Below, one piece after another: positions 18,618 to 28,607 of a DNA stretch of 64,000 nt. The position numbers and the translations under genes were made by a program. Within the stretch, counting starts at the first letter, position 1. Each line of letters starts with the position of its first letter. Under the pieces are notes generated by a model, which was not told where the DNA came from, searched no databases, and worked only from the letters and a program-made list of their open reading frames with translations. The DNA lies in IMG/VR virus record IMGVR_UViG_3300013121_000013, positions 32,001-96,000 of that record. One strand, given 5' to 3'. This DNA comes from a virus. Taxonomy: Duplodnaviria; Caudoviricetes.

Positions 18618-19283
18618 ATGCCCAGTTATCCAGGCCAGATGTTCGACCACACTTTAGATGGATTGAAGGGTTGGCCAAGACCACACGCAGTAGACATGAG
18701 CGGTACTTTAAGCTCTAACGTTAACAGAGGAAGCGCAGCTTTGCCTATTTATGGTGGTATGTGCGTTCACGTAGTCTCTGTTACTGCCGGTGTCCCGCCC
18801 GAGCCAGTCTTTGAAATGGGTGCGAACCTAACTAAGATGCCGATCTTCTTATGGGTTGGCGATGCGGATTACGATGTAAGCAACCCTGGCGTACCAGCCG
18901 GAACACCTCTTGGTGGATCCGGTGGCGTACTTGGAACTCCAGGCGCTGGAACAGTTCCAGGATGGGTTCCAATTCGCCCTAGCGGTCACGTAATGGGTCT
19001 TGTGGCCATCGGTGGGTACGAACTTGAAACAACCGAGTTTGATACTGATCAGTCTTATTCGCCAAACGACCCGCTTCGCGCTGTAACTAGCAACACAAAT
19101 ACCAATGCTGGAAGGCTCACTAACAAGGGCAACACTGGTGCAGGAAATCCAGGCTATACCAGTTCAGCGTTTACTGTATATACCGACTCTACTGTAGGGA
19201 TTGTAAGTCGCGGTTCATATACTAACAAACATGGTGTACAGGCTCTAGCTTTCTGGCCAGTGTTTTTGCCAGGAAGTAGATAA
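18618..19283 (+). CDS. Putative capsid decoration/cement protein
   Basis: Directly upstream of the capsid gene; Gly/Thr/Pro-rich, beta-rich; ATG 18618 follows GGAGG. Confidence 0.6.
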   Translation: MPSYPGQMFDHTLDGLKGWPRPHAVDMSGTLSSNVNRGSAALPIYGGMCVHVVSVTAGVPPEPVFEMGANLTKMPIFLWVGDADYDVSNPGVPAGTPLGGSGGVLGTPGAGTVPGWVPIRPSGHVMGLVAIGGYELETTEFDTDQSYSPNDPLRAVTSNTNTNAGRLTNKGNTGAGNPGYTSSAFTVYTDSTVGIVSRGSYTNKHGVQALAFWPVFLPGSR

Positions 19284-19335
19284 GTTTAGGCCTGAAGTAC
19301 ATATATATCAATTATAACACGGAGGTTAGCAAACC

Positions 19336-20265
19336 ATGCCACAGACTCGTGATGAAACCAGACTGCTAAACGACACATTGTTTGAGCAGTTAAGCACTCC
19401 TGGCATGGAGAAGACCGCGATTGATGCCGTCAACGACTTCACCCGCATCAGAATGCGTGAAGACGGATTCTATCGCAGAATTCTCCCGCCATTGCAAATT
19501 ACTAATGACGAGCTAGATCGTCAAGTAGACACAGATAAGCCAGTGAAGGTTGTAGACAAGGAGCCAGACAGCCCGGCTGCTGTAAGTATTCCTTTCGCCA
19601 CACTGCCGACCAACTTCTACATTCGCGGACCTCGCTATCGAGTAATGTTTGACAGACTAGTAACTCCAAGATTTACTAAGGACGTAGACGAGCTTCGCAC
19701 CTGGGTAATGGACATCAGACAGGTAATGTCTGACAATGCGATTAAGGACATGTTGGCTGAAGAAGACAACAAGTTCATTGCCGCTGTAAACGCTTCTCTC
19801 ATCTCTCAAGGCGCTGTAGCCCCTACTTCTGGCGAAGTCCAGTGGACACAGATCTTTGGAGGTATTACTCGAGATACATTCCAGGACAGCTTGAAGGTTA
19901 TGCCTTCTACGCCGTTCCACTTAGAGGCGCACACTGGCCTTATCAATAACGTAACCATTAGAGAGTTCCTCAAGTGGGGCCGTGACGAAGTCGGCGGCGA
20001 TATGTCGCAGGACCTTCTAAGAAATGGCTGGTCCGAAACCGAATTTGCAAACGTTCGTTGGATCATCACTATCAAGAGAGATCTTGTACCTGATGACACA
20101 ATCTTCTACTTTGCAGATCCTAAGTTCATCGGCAAGAGCTATATGCTTGAAGATACAACTATGTATATCAAGAGAGAAGCATACTTACTAGAGTTCTTTG
20201 CTTATGAAACTCTTGGCGGATCTATCGGCCATACTGGCGGTCTTGTCAGAGTAGACTTCGCGTAA
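19336..20265 (+). CDS. Major capsid protein (HK97 fold)
   Basis: 309 aa; strong GGAGG RBS and C-ending codon bias. The RRILPP..V.DKEP..IPF..P.F.KDV.EL..ED.KF pattern resembles HK97/encapsulin-like capsids. Canonical synteny; MEKTA after a short leader. Confidence 0.8.
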   Translation: MPQTRDETRLLNDTLFEQLSTPGMEKTAIDAVNDFTRIRMREDGFYRRILPPLQITNDELDRQVDTDKPVKVVDKEPDSPAAVSIPFATLPTNFYIRGPRYRVMFDRLVTPRFTKDVDELRTWVMDIRQVMSDNAIKDMLAEEDNKFIAAVNASLISQGAVAPTSGEVQWTQIFGGITRDTFQDSLKVMPSTPFHLEAHTGLINNVTIREFLKWGRDEVGGDMSQDLLRNGWSETEFANVRWIITIKRDLVPDDTIFYFADPKFIGKSYMLEDTTMYIKREAYLLEFFAYETLGGSIGHTGGLVRVDFA

Positions 20266-20295
20266 TATCCTTGTCTTGTAAGGATCTAATACGTA

Positions 20296-20808
20296 ATGAG
20301 CAGATACTCAGAGCTAAGGTTAAGAAATCTTTGCTGCTCTTGTAGACAGCCAGCACAGACACCAAGATGTGCTGGCTGTTGTAAGAAGCGCCGTGAAAAT
20401 GATCAACGTACTAGACAATTACGAAGACAAGATAAAAGATGTATAGATTGTGATTCTAAAGAGCTGTTTGACAATACAGCATATTGCAAACGACACGCTA
20501 TAGCCAGACGACTAAGAGATAAAAAATTTAGACAACGTCTAAAGACTAGGGTTTTTAATGCCTATGGCGGCTTTAAATGTAGCTGCTGTGGAGAAACGGG
20601 AGAGTCCTTCTTAGCTATAGACCATATTAATAATGACGGCGCAGAGCATCGTAAAAAGCTGTCACAAGGTACTGGCAGTAGGTTTTATCAGTGGTTAAGT
20701 AGTAACAACTTTCCAGACGGCTTCCAAGTTCTGTGCTTTAATTGCAATCACTCCAAGTCAATTAATCGTGGAGTGTGTGAACACCAAATAAAAAGAGGTG
20801 ATAAATGA
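20296..20808 (+). CDS. HNH endonuclease with a Cys-rich N-terminus
   Basis: CSCCGE..LAIDHINNDG..FQVLCFNCN. Confidence 0.85.
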   Translation: MSRYSELRLRNLCCSCRQPAQTPRCAGCCKKRRENDQRTRQLRRQDKRCIDCDSKELFDNTAYCKRHAIARRLRDKKFRQRLKTRVFNAYGGFKCSCCGETGESFLAIDHINNDGAEHRKKLSQGTGSRFYQWLSSNNFPDGFQVLCFNCNHSKSINRGVCEHQIKRGDK

Positions 20809-21233
20809 CAAATGAGACTTTGACTCCAGAACAGCAAAAGGCTGCAATGGATCAGGCTTATAATAACTCATACGCGACACTAGTTGACCGAGTGTGGGGG
20901 CCTGTATTCTTTGAAAAGCTGGCTAGAGATTGGGGCATTCAACCTACGGACGCCGAAGAGGCAGACAAGCTAATAGCTCTGTCACATAGATTAAGAGCTG
21001 GTCGGCATGATCAGTTGAACAAGCAAGCAAATGCTAGTAAATCCTTGTTGGACAGAGCGCTAGATGATGTAGGTGTTGCGCTTCAGCAACAAGGGGTTGG
21101 CCTTCCTCCAGATGTAGCATTTATAAACGAAGCAAAAGAAGTAGCAGCAGCAGCTGTACAGAATGATCCTTCATTAAGAGACGCTGCTTTGCTATACCAA
21201 GACTTTTTGACCCAAGTTCTAAGAAATAACTAA
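20805..21233 (+). CDS. Head-associated hypothetical protein
   Basis: QKAA, FEKLA and NKQAN motifs; GAGGTG RBS. Confidence 0.55.
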   Translation: MTNETLTPEQQKAAMDQAYNNSYATLVDRVWGPVFFEKLARDWGIQPTDAEEADKLIALSHRLRAGRHDQLNKQANASKSLLDRALDDVGVALQQQGVGLPPDVAFINEAKEVAAAAVQNDPSLRDAALLYQDFLTQVLRNN

Positions 21234-21266
21234 TAACTTCTTAGATTATTCACGAAAGGATTAATC

Positions 21267-21599
21267 ATGCCAGATACCTCTGCATTGTACACGACTGTAA
21301 GAAATACATCTGGCGGAGTTGCGAAGCTTGGGTTCATCCCTCCACATGGAAAGAGCTTGGCCAACAACGCAGATGTGACAGTATTCGGCGATATTTGGGA
21401 TAGAATGACAAAGGGTGGCAGACTAAACGAGCGTGCGAGAGCTTCTTTCGAAGCCGCGCTTCTATCTGGCGATATAGAGATTATTAAGTCGCCGGCGCTG
21501 CTAGTTCAAGATTCATCAACTCTTGAAGTAAAGCAAGTTAGTTTAACTGGTGGCACGCTAGGTGTTAGCGACCCCAGCTGGGGTTCGTTTAGCCCATAA
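21267..21599 (+). CDS. Hypothetical virion protein
   Basis: 110 aa; AAGGA RBS; last gene before a terminator. Confidence 0.55.
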   Translation: MPDTSALYTTVRNTSGGVAKLGFIPPHGKSLANNADVTVFGDIWDRMTKGGRLNERARASFEAALLSGDIEIIKSPALLVQDSSTLEVKQVSLTGGTLGVSDPSWGSFSP

Positions 21600-21630
21600 T
21601 ATAGTTCTTACCTTAGGACTATTTCATAGT

Positions 21631-21670
21631 AAGAAAAGGAAATGCATAAATAGCATTTCCTTTTCTTTTT
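21631..21670. terminator. Rho-independent terminator ending the head operon
   Basis: Perfect 15-bp stem AAGAAAAGGAAATGC-ATAAATA-GCATTTCCTTTTCTT followed by T residues. Confidence 0.85.
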
Positions 21671-21740
21671 AATAGACAAACTATCACTACCGTTGTATAA
21701 AATGGTCTTACTTTACTAGTTTGTCCATTAGAGGTAACCC

Positions 21741-23015
21741 ATGCCAAAGATTGTAGTTTACACACCGACTCACCATAACAAGTTTATTCTAGAGGCGTAT
21801 AATTCATTAAAAAATCAAACTATAGATAATTGGACTTGGTTGCTTGTTCCGAATGGAAGCTCTTCAATACCAGATGTCATAAAGAGCGATAAAAGGGTCG
21901 TCGTTATAAACTGGCCAGTAGGTCTGGAGAATATATTTGAAACCAATATCGGAGCTCTTAAGAATTTTGCCTGTGCGCAGGCCATACAAAATGGATTTGG
22001 GGATATTCTTGTAGAACTTGATCATGACGATATTTTATTACCCAACTGTTTAGAAGAGATATTAAAAGCTATAACTGAGGATCCAGAGTCTGGGTTTCTA
22101 TATTCTGATACAATTGGATTTACAGAATCTGGAGAGTCTAGAATATACTCAAAGAAGTACGGCTGGGAAGAATACACCAAAGTTGTTGATGGCAAGCTAT
22201 GGAAAGTAATGAAAACTTTTCCTATAAATGCTAGATCCTTATGCGAAATATTTTATAGCCCAAATCACGTCAGATGCTGGACAGTCGATGCATATAAAAG
22301 ATCTGGTGGTTATGACCCTAGAAGAAAAGTAATAGATGATCATGATCTTATATGTAGAACGTACCTTGCCGGTGTTAAATTCAAATACTTAGGCGATGCC
22401 CTATATATGCAGAGAGCGCATAGCAACTCCATGAGTGTTAAACTAAATTCTTTAATACAGACGGAACAAGCTAATGTTAGAAATAAGTTTTTGCTGCCTT
22501 TGGTTAAAGAATGGTGTAAAAGAGAAGGATTGCAGATGTTTGACCTGGGTGGCGCTCATGCGTTAGAAAGTGGATTTAAGTCCGTAGACTTGTATAATTC
22601 TGATATAATTCATGATGTAACAAAAGGACCTTGGGCAGATGAAAATTCCGTGGGCGTCATAAGGTGCGCAGATTTTATAGAGCATATTCCTATCCCTGAT
22701 ATTATTCCTTTTGTTAATAATGTATATAAGCAACTGGCTCCAGGAGGTTGGTGGCTCACATCAACACCATCTACAGATGGTAGGGGCGCTTTTTGTGATC
22801 CAACTCACGTATCCTTCTGGAATGAGTTAAGTTTTAGATATTATTGTGATAAAAATTTCTCCAAATATATACCTGCAATGACTGCTAGATTTCAACAAGT
22901 TAGGCTCGAGACAATAAAGCCTACTAAGTGGCATGTAGACAATAATGTCCCATATGTAATATGTGATATGTGTGCTTTAAAAGGACAAAGGCAGCCAGGT
23001 GATTGCCATATTTAA
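21741..23015 (+). CDS. GT2 glycosyltransferase fused to a SAM-dependent methyltransferase
   Basis: N-terminal IVVYTPTHH..ELDHDD..DDHDL (GT-A); C-terminal FDLGG..DFIEHI..LAPGG..DPTH.SFW. Confidence 0.85.
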   Translation: MPKIVVYTPTHHNKFILEAYNSLKNQTIDNWTWLLVPNGSSSIPDVIKSDKRVVVINWPVGLENIFETNIGALKNFACAQAIQNGFGDILVELDHDDILLPNCLEEILKAITEDPESGFLYSDTIGFTESGESRIYSKKYGWEEYTKVVDGKLWKVMKTFPINARSLCEIFYSPNHVRCWTVDAYKRSGGYDPRRKVIDDHDLICRTYLAGVKFKYLGDALYMQRAHSNSMSVKLNSLIQTEQANVRNKFLLPLVKEWCKREGLQMFDLGGAHALESGFKSVDLYNSDIIHDVTKGPWADENSVGVIRCADFIEHIPIPDIIPFVNNVYKQLAPGGWWLTSTPSTDGRGAFCDPTHVSFWNELSFRYYCDKNFSKYIPAMTARFQQVRLETIKPTKWHVDNNVPYVICDMCALKGQRQPGDCHI

Positions 23016-23029
23016 TACTGGAGGTTCTC

Positions 23030-24004
23030 ATGCCTATTACTAATTCTTCAGTTCCGCCTTCTGACCCAGGAGCGGCTAACGAAGCTGCGCAGACAGATCT
23101 AAGCGCATTCATTATACGCCCTGTCACTACTAGATTTTACGACAATATCGTACAGGGCAAACGTAGAGGTGTTCAAATCTCTCAAGGACAATACGCTAAT
23201 ATAGTAATGGAAATGAGGGACCCACAAGGAAACGTTGTAGACTTAACACCATTTAGCCTACCTCTTAGCATTCCCACAGAACAAGTTCTAGTTAGATTTG
23301 GTGAAGCAGTTTATGCAACTACAGGAGTTAGCGGCAATGCAGCCATTACTTTAGAAGAAGAAACTGGAGAAATAACTGACGCGGCAAGTGGTTTGGTCCA
23401 ATTCCCTATATCAACTTCTGTTTCTGAATTACCAGGAGTGTATATAGCAGAAGTTGGAATTTTTAGTGCTGGTGGTCATATGCACTTTTCTAACACAATA
23501 TACATATATGTAAATAAGGGCCTTTTTACAGGTACTTCTAGCGCTGCTGCTGTTAGTAATTTTGGTCCACCTACATTGGAAGAGATAAGAGTAGCTATTA
23601 GGGATAATGGTCCTCAAGAAAATCTACTACTTGACGACTTAGAGTTTGATATAGCAGAAATAGGAGATTGTGTTAAAAGAGCTGTTATGGCGTGGAATGA
23701 GGCCCAGCCCCCTATAAACGTCTTCTACACTACTAGGAATTTTCCGTTTAAGGAAAATCTTCTGAGAGGCACTATCGGACTTTTGTTTAGAACTGCCGGA
23801 ATGAGATCTTTCAGAAATGAATTCCAGTACTCAGCTGGAGGTTTATCTATAAACGATCAGAGTCAGTGGAAGCAATACCTTCCTATAGGCAACGAATTTT
23901 GGGAAGAGTACAGAACTTGGGTAAGGCAGAAGAAAGCTCAATTTAATGCAGAAGCTGCAATGGGCTCACTTGGATCTGCTTATGGTTTCTATAGAAAAGG
24001 ATAA
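23030..24004 (+). CDS. Neck/head-tail adaptor with an N-terminal Ig-like domain
   Basis: First gene of the neck block; C-terminal EIRVAIRD..NLLLDDLEF..YSAGGLSIND adaptor-like pattern; ATG 23030 follows GGAGG. Confidence 0.6.
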   Translation: MPITNSSVPPSDPGAANEAAQTDLSAFIIRPVTTRFYDNIVQGKRRGVQISQGQYANIVMEMRDPQGNVVDLTPFSLPLSIPTEQVLVRFGEAVYATTGVSGNAAITLEEETGEITDAASGLVQFPISTSVSELPGVYIAEVGIFSAGGHMHFSNTIYIYVNKGLFTGTSSAAAVSNFGPPTLEEIRVAIRDNGPQENLLLDDLEFDIAEIGDCVKRAVMAWNEAQPPINVFYTTRNFPFKENLLRGTIGLLFRTAGMRSFRNEFQYSAGGLSINDQSQWKQYLPIGNEFWEEYRTWVRQKKAQFNAEAAMGSLGSAYGFYRKG

Positions 24005-24009
24005 CTATT

Positions 24010-24027
24010 TTGATAGATGTCTATCAA
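24010..24027. promoter_or_regulatory. 18-bp palindrome, copy 3 (TTGATAGATGTCTATCAA)
   Basis: Between a stop codon and the GGAGG RBS of the next gene. Confidence 0.75.
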
Positions 24028-24040
24028 CGGAGGCAGCCCT

Positions 24041-24922
24041 ATGACTCTTAGAAAGAGAATTCAACAATCTGCAAATCCAGAACGAGTTCCTATCTTTCCA
24101 ATAGATCAGGATGCTTTTCATAGGGTTTCTGTTGATTACCTAACCAAGGGCGGCGCTAGAATAAGATGGGAAATGGCTCATCATTTTGTAAGGCCTGCAC
24201 CGCACACTTTTCAGTTACAAACTACTTCTGGTAATGTAGCGGAAGCTGATGATTGGGAAGATGTTGGAAGTCCGGTCGTTAATACATTTTATGCCATGGA
24301 TAATACAAGAAGATTATATGGCAAAACTAGGCATATTTCTTATAGAATAAAGTTAACAGATGCGGCTAATGTAGTTTACTACTCTAAGCCTGCGTTAACT
24401 TTAGGACAGTGGACCAAAAGAGACTGGGTTATAGCCCAAGAAATACTTCGCAGAGAACAATTAAGAGCAAAAAGATACACTTCAGTTGATGGTTACATAT
24501 TTAAACGAAGACGATATGGAACTCAATGCCCAGAGGATAATTGCCTAGATCCTATAACTGGGGAAATCATGAATAGTAACTGCGAAGTTTGCGGAGGTAC
24601 TGGAATTGTATTTGGATATTACGATCCAGTAGCTGCGTCGTACGCAGATGTAACTAATGAAAATTCTAGAGAGCATAGAGATAATCAATCAAGGGCTACG
24701 GTAAACGACGTTACTATATCAGGAAGATTCTTTAATTTTCCACCTCTTGTTCAGGGCGATATATGGGTAAACAGATTCTCTGATGAAAGATACTATATTC
24801 ATCAAGTCGGAGAACTGGCGTCACATAGAGGGGTTCCTATAGTCTGGAATGTAGAATTAAGAAAAGCGGAAGATACAGATAAGATTTATCATGACCCAAT
24901 TTTTAATGTAGAAGATAAATAA
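24041..24922 (+). CDS. Head closure/neck protein with a zinc finger
   Basis: FN3-like N-terminus; C..C..CEVCGGTG..GY; GDIW..RYYI closure-type pattern. Confidence 0.55.
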   Translation: MTLRKRIQQSANPERVPIFPIDQDAFHRVSVDYLTKGGARIRWEMAHHFVRPAPHTFQLQTTSGNVAEADDWEDVGSPVVNTFYAMDNTRRLYGKTRHISYRIKLTDAANVVYYSKPALTLGQWTKRDWVIAQEILRREQLRAKRYTSVDGYIFKRRRYGTQCPEDNCLDPITGEIMNSNCEVCGGTGIVFGYYDPVAASYADVTNENSREHRDNQSRATVNDVTISGRFFNFPPLVQGDIWVNRFSDERYYIHQVGELASHRGVPIVWNVELRKAEDTDKIYHDPIFNVEDK

Positions 24923-24932
24923 GGGCGATAGC

Positions 24933-25133
24933 ATGTCACAAAATAAAGTTCTCGAAGGCGGCGTTCTACCTAAAAAGAAAGATAGACAGGCATTGCGTAA
25001 AATTAAGATCTTGGAGACAATAAAGCTATCTATGTATAAACCCAATCAGGACCTGATAGATGAAGCTATGCCTGATATCTTTAATAGTGAGTCTAGAGAT
25101 AGAAAAAGCTCTGGAGGCCTAAGAGTTATATAA
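24933..25133 (+). CDS. Small hypothetical protein
   Basis: 66 aa, coupled to the next gene by TAATG. Confidence 0.45.
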   Translation: MSQNKVLEGGVLPKKKDRQALRKIKILETIKLSMYKPNQDLIDEAMPDIFNSESRDRKSSGGLRVI

Positions 25134-25768
25134 TGTCAGGTTCTACTATAAACCTTCAGGAATTCTGTACAAAGCTTTGTTCAGTTTGTAGAACTGGATG
25201 GAGATTAAGGCTTTTAACTGGTTTCGTAACTCTATGGATGAGATCTCACTTCTCTAGTGCTGATTCAATAGATGACCCAGCGTTAAAGCACAGAATATGG
25301 AAACCAACACAAGATACCGGAATACTGATTGAAAGTATTAGTAAATGGGACCCAAAAACTACTGGTAAAAGACCAGCTATTATAGTTAAAAGAAATCCAC
25401 AAAAGATATTAAGGCAAATTATAGAAGATAGGCTAATGCCTGGTATGGGGCCTGAAAGCACAAGAAATATCTTCTCTTCATTTAGACAGGGCAGTCATAC
25501 TATTTTTTGCATAGGCGGAGAAAGTGCAGAGACAGAAATATTAGCTGAAGAAGTTGCCATAGAGTTAATACAGTTTGCTGCTGTATTAAGACAGCCTTTA
25601 AGATTACATAAATTACAAACAACGGAAATAGGTGATCTTTCATTGGTAGAAGAAGCCGATGAAAATTTTGTTGTGCCTATTACACTGGCGTATGCGTTTG
25701 AAGACACATGGGAACTCACAAACCGGGCTCCTCCGATTAGAAGAGTTGACCTGTCTGTGTTTATTTAA
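25133..25768 (+). CDS. Tail terminator/tail completion protein
   Basis: Directly before the sheath gene; RPAIIVKR motif; size fits. Confidence 0.55.
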   Translation: MSGSTINLQEFCTKLCSVCRTGWRLRLLTGFVTLWMRSHFSSADSIDDPALKHRIWKPTQDTGILIESISKWDPKTTGKRPAIIVKRNPQKILRQIIEDRLMPGMGPESTRNIFSSFRQGSHTIFCIGGESAETEILAEEVAIELIQFAAVLRQPLRLHKLQTTEIGDLSLVEEADENFVVPITLAYAFEDTWELTNRAPPIRRVDLSVFI

Positions 25769-25787
25769 CATCTGGTAGGAGGACAAA

Positions 25788-28589
25788 ATGCCACAAGTTT
25801 TAACAGCTGGGTCAGTAATTGACAGCGGACGTAGAATCAAGACCTCATTCGGCGCCCCTCTTCGTCCACTTATTTTTGGATCGAAAGCTGGGTTACATAG
25901 ATATTCGGTCGCAGGAGAAAAGACAGAGATCTCTCTTGGTGATTACGACGTAAACCAAAATACTGTTTATAGCTATCCGGATAAGGCTTCTGGCTCTATT
26001 GTAGATCTGGACTATGTGAAGCTTTACATGGACGATGCGTATTTACAGTACTTAGCTAAATATATAGGTGTAGGTAGCGGGACTGTTGCTCCAGTAGCTA
26101 ATTACAATAATAGAGTTAGGGCATCAGATTTAGTATTTAAAGAATACACAAATGCTGCAGGTACGACTTTTTCTAGATCTTCTGACTTCTATGACAGAGA
26201 CGTAGCTGTAGGAGACATAGTAAGAGTTAGAGGAACAGTAGGAAGCCAATCTACTACGTTCACTACCAGCGTTAATGGATTTATAAACGAATCAATCCCA
26301 TCTGTTATAGGCGCAGCCTCCGCAGACTCTGACAATGCCGCAAGCCAAAGCTCTAGTACTTCTATCAGTCAAGTAGCTGATACTCCAGTCAATGAAGTTG
26401 TAGCTACCGCCGATGGTAGCGCTTATGATGGCCTTGCTGACGGGGATATTAGTGAAACCTACACTATCACTGTCATACAATCATCAACCAATAGTGATGC
26501 CACTACAGCAAGACTTCAAGTTACCAGCGCCAGCGGTAATGATGATCAGGCTTCTGTAACTCCAGCCGCTTTTGGGGATCCTACAGATATCGGAACTAGA
26601 GGCCTAACTGTCACATTTGCACTAAGCGGTCCAGGAACGTCTGAATCTATAGATCAAAACGATCTTGTGGTGGGGCAATCTTGGACGGTAACTGTAGAGC
26701 AAAGCTTCACTCCTCCGACAGCTACCTCTGGAGGAACAGCAGCGACAGGTCTACCCACAACAACCTATATAATCACTGTTACAAGAGGCGGGTCGTTCGT
26801 AGATCCAACTCCTCCTCAAATCACGGTCTCTACAACAACTGGCGTTGATGTGAGCGGACCAACTAACGCTACTGTATCAACAGCTTTGGCGGTAGGTACA
26901 TATGGAGTCACTGTCACTTTTACAGGGTCTGCACTGCGTAAGGGGGATATTTATCACATCTCCACAACTCGTACACAGCTTGGTGCTTATAAAACAATTA
27001 TCTTGAAGGATAGTCTTCCCTCAGGCTTAGTTGGAGCTACAGATCTTGATATTTGGTTATTCATTGAGAAAAATGGATTACTCATTACTGAAAATAGGCT
27101 GCCCAGTCCTCCAGATAAGAACTGGGTTGCAGCAGCGTCAACTTTTACAGTGAATTCAGATATAGAAGTTTACGAGGATAGTTGGACAGACGACGGCACG
27201 CCTCTAAGTCTGCCTGTCGTTGAAGGCACTATGTATCTTGAATACAGAGAGTGGCTGACGTCTGGTGGAAATACTATATACAACATATATGACGTTTCTG
27301 AAGTAGAAGCTACGTTCGGAACGGTTGATCCAGATAATCCAATTGCCTATGCCGTGGACAAGGCTCTTAGAAATACTGGATATAACAACCTTACCGGAGT
27401 ATCCGTAGATGATATAGACATCGTTAGGGCAGTATGGCTAGCTGATGACCCATCAGAAACTCAAAGCTGGCAGGATGTTCTAGATCTAGTTGAAGGTGTA
27501 GAGAGCATTTATAATCTCATACCTCTCACTACAGATACCGATGTTCTAAATATCGTAGCGTCTCACGTTTCGACTGAATCGGCGGCAGAAGTGGCCAGCT
27601 TTAGAGCCGCAATATTCCAGCTTACAGCGCCCAGCGTACAGACTATAAGATCTACAAACGACGACTCGTCGGTTATCTTGGCTACACTCGTCCAAAATCC
27701 TGAAGTTACATCTACCTCTTATAGTCAGTTTGTGGTTGAGGGACAAACACCGAAATTTATTACAAGCGGTGTAGTGGCGGGTGACGTTGTGAGATATCTA
27801 TATACCACAGACGGGTTCGGAAGCGAAACATACACGGAGTTCACAATCGCTTCTGTAGTCTCTGAAGATACACTTCTAGTAGAGACGGGGCATACATCTG
27901 CAGTGAACGTGGCGCAAAAGATAGTAATCGTAAGATATCCTAGTAAGGCAGAAATTATCACTGATCTTATAACTCAGGCAGAGTCTTATGGTTCTGATAG
28001 AGTTCTTGCTATTTGGCCTGATACTATTAACGACGCTGGACAAGAAGTCGCAGGATATTATCTTGCAGCAGCTCTCGGAGGATTAATGGGCTCTGTTGCC
28101 CCACATCAGCCTTTGACAAATGTTGAAGTCCTTGGTTTCGATGCTGTTTCTAGATCTAAAGATTTCTTCACCAATAAGCAACTTCAGCAACTCGCAGATG
28201 GTGGCGTATTTGTTGTTACAGAGGCACCAGATGGTACTGTCTATATTCGAAAAGCTTGGACAACCGATCCTTCGTCTATAGGCTCTAGAGAGGAAATGGC
28301 TAGACGCAATAGTGATGCAGCCAGATTTGCAATACTTAGTAAGTGGCACGACTACATCGGTAATGCAAACAATGTCCCATCAACTTATGCTGCGATGAAT
28401 GGTGACTTTACCGGCGTTATCGGAGAAATGAGAAGTGACACCTTCTTACCTAGATTAGGGTCTATGGTACTGGCGGGCAGTCTTGACGAATTGCGATCTC
28501 ATGCTGTACTTGCTGATAGGGCAGTTGCAAACATAACTTTACAGGTGCCTTATCCTCTTAATGTTATAGAGCTAAACGTTGTTATATAA
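25788..28589 (+). CDS. Contractile tail sheath protein with inserted Thr-rich domains
   Basis: C-terminal core YYLAAALGG..PHQPLTN..GF..QLQQLADGGV..RE..RNSD..VPYPLN.I; 933 aa. Confidence 0.85.
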   Translation: MPQVLTAGSVIDSGRRIKTSFGAPLRPLIFGSKAGLHRYSVAGEKTEISLGDYDVNQNTVYSYPDKASGSIVDLDYVKLYMDDAYLQYLAKYIGVGSGTVAPVANYNNRVRASDLVFKEYTNAAGTTFSRSSDFYDRDVAVGDIVRVRGTVGSQSTTFTTSVNGFINESIPSVIGAASADSDNAASQSSSTSISQVADTPVNEVVATADGSAYDGLADGDISETYTITVIQSSTNSDATTARLQVTSASGNDDQASVTPAAFGDPTDIGTRGLTVTFALSGPGTSESIDQNDLVVGQSWTVTVEQSFTPPTATSGGTAATGLPTTTYIITVTRGGSFVDPTPPQITVSTTTGVDVSGPTNATVSTALAVGTYGVTVTFTGSALRKGDIYHISTTRTQLGAYKTIILKDSLPSGLVGATDLDIWLFIEKNGLLITENRLPSPPDKNWVAAASTFTVNSDIEVYEDSWTDDGTPLSLPVVEGTMYLEYREWLTSGGNTIYNIYDVSEVEATFGTVDPDNPIAYAVDKALRNTGYNNLTGVSVDDIDIVRAVWLADDPSETQSWQDVLDLVEGVESIYNLIPLTTDTDVLNIVASHVSTESAAEVASFRAAIFQLTAPSVQTIRSTNDDSSVILATLVQNPEVTSTSYSQFVVEGQTPKFITSGVVAGDVVRYLYTTDGFGSETYTEFTIASVVSEDTLLVETGHTSAVNVAQKIVIVRYPSKAEIITDLITQAESYGSDRVLAIWPDTINDAGQEVAGYYLAAALGGLMGSVAPHQPLTNVEVLGFDAVSRSKDFFTNKQLQQLADGGVFVVTEAPDGTVYIRKAWTTDPSSIGSREEMARRNSDAARFAILSKWHDYIGNANNVPSTYAAMNGDFTGVIGEMRSDTFLPRLGSMVLAGSLDELRSHAVLADRAVANITLQVPYPLNVIELNVVI

Positions 28590-28607
28590 AATTTGACAAA
28601 TAACTAA

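Noticed and set aside
21669-21687. Sixth palindrome copy (TTAATAGACAAACTATCAC)
   Set aside because: Needs several mismatches plus an extra base; too weak to call.
24017-24040. ORF-track start at 24017
   Set aside because: This ATG is inside the palindrome; ATG 24041 follows GGAGG.
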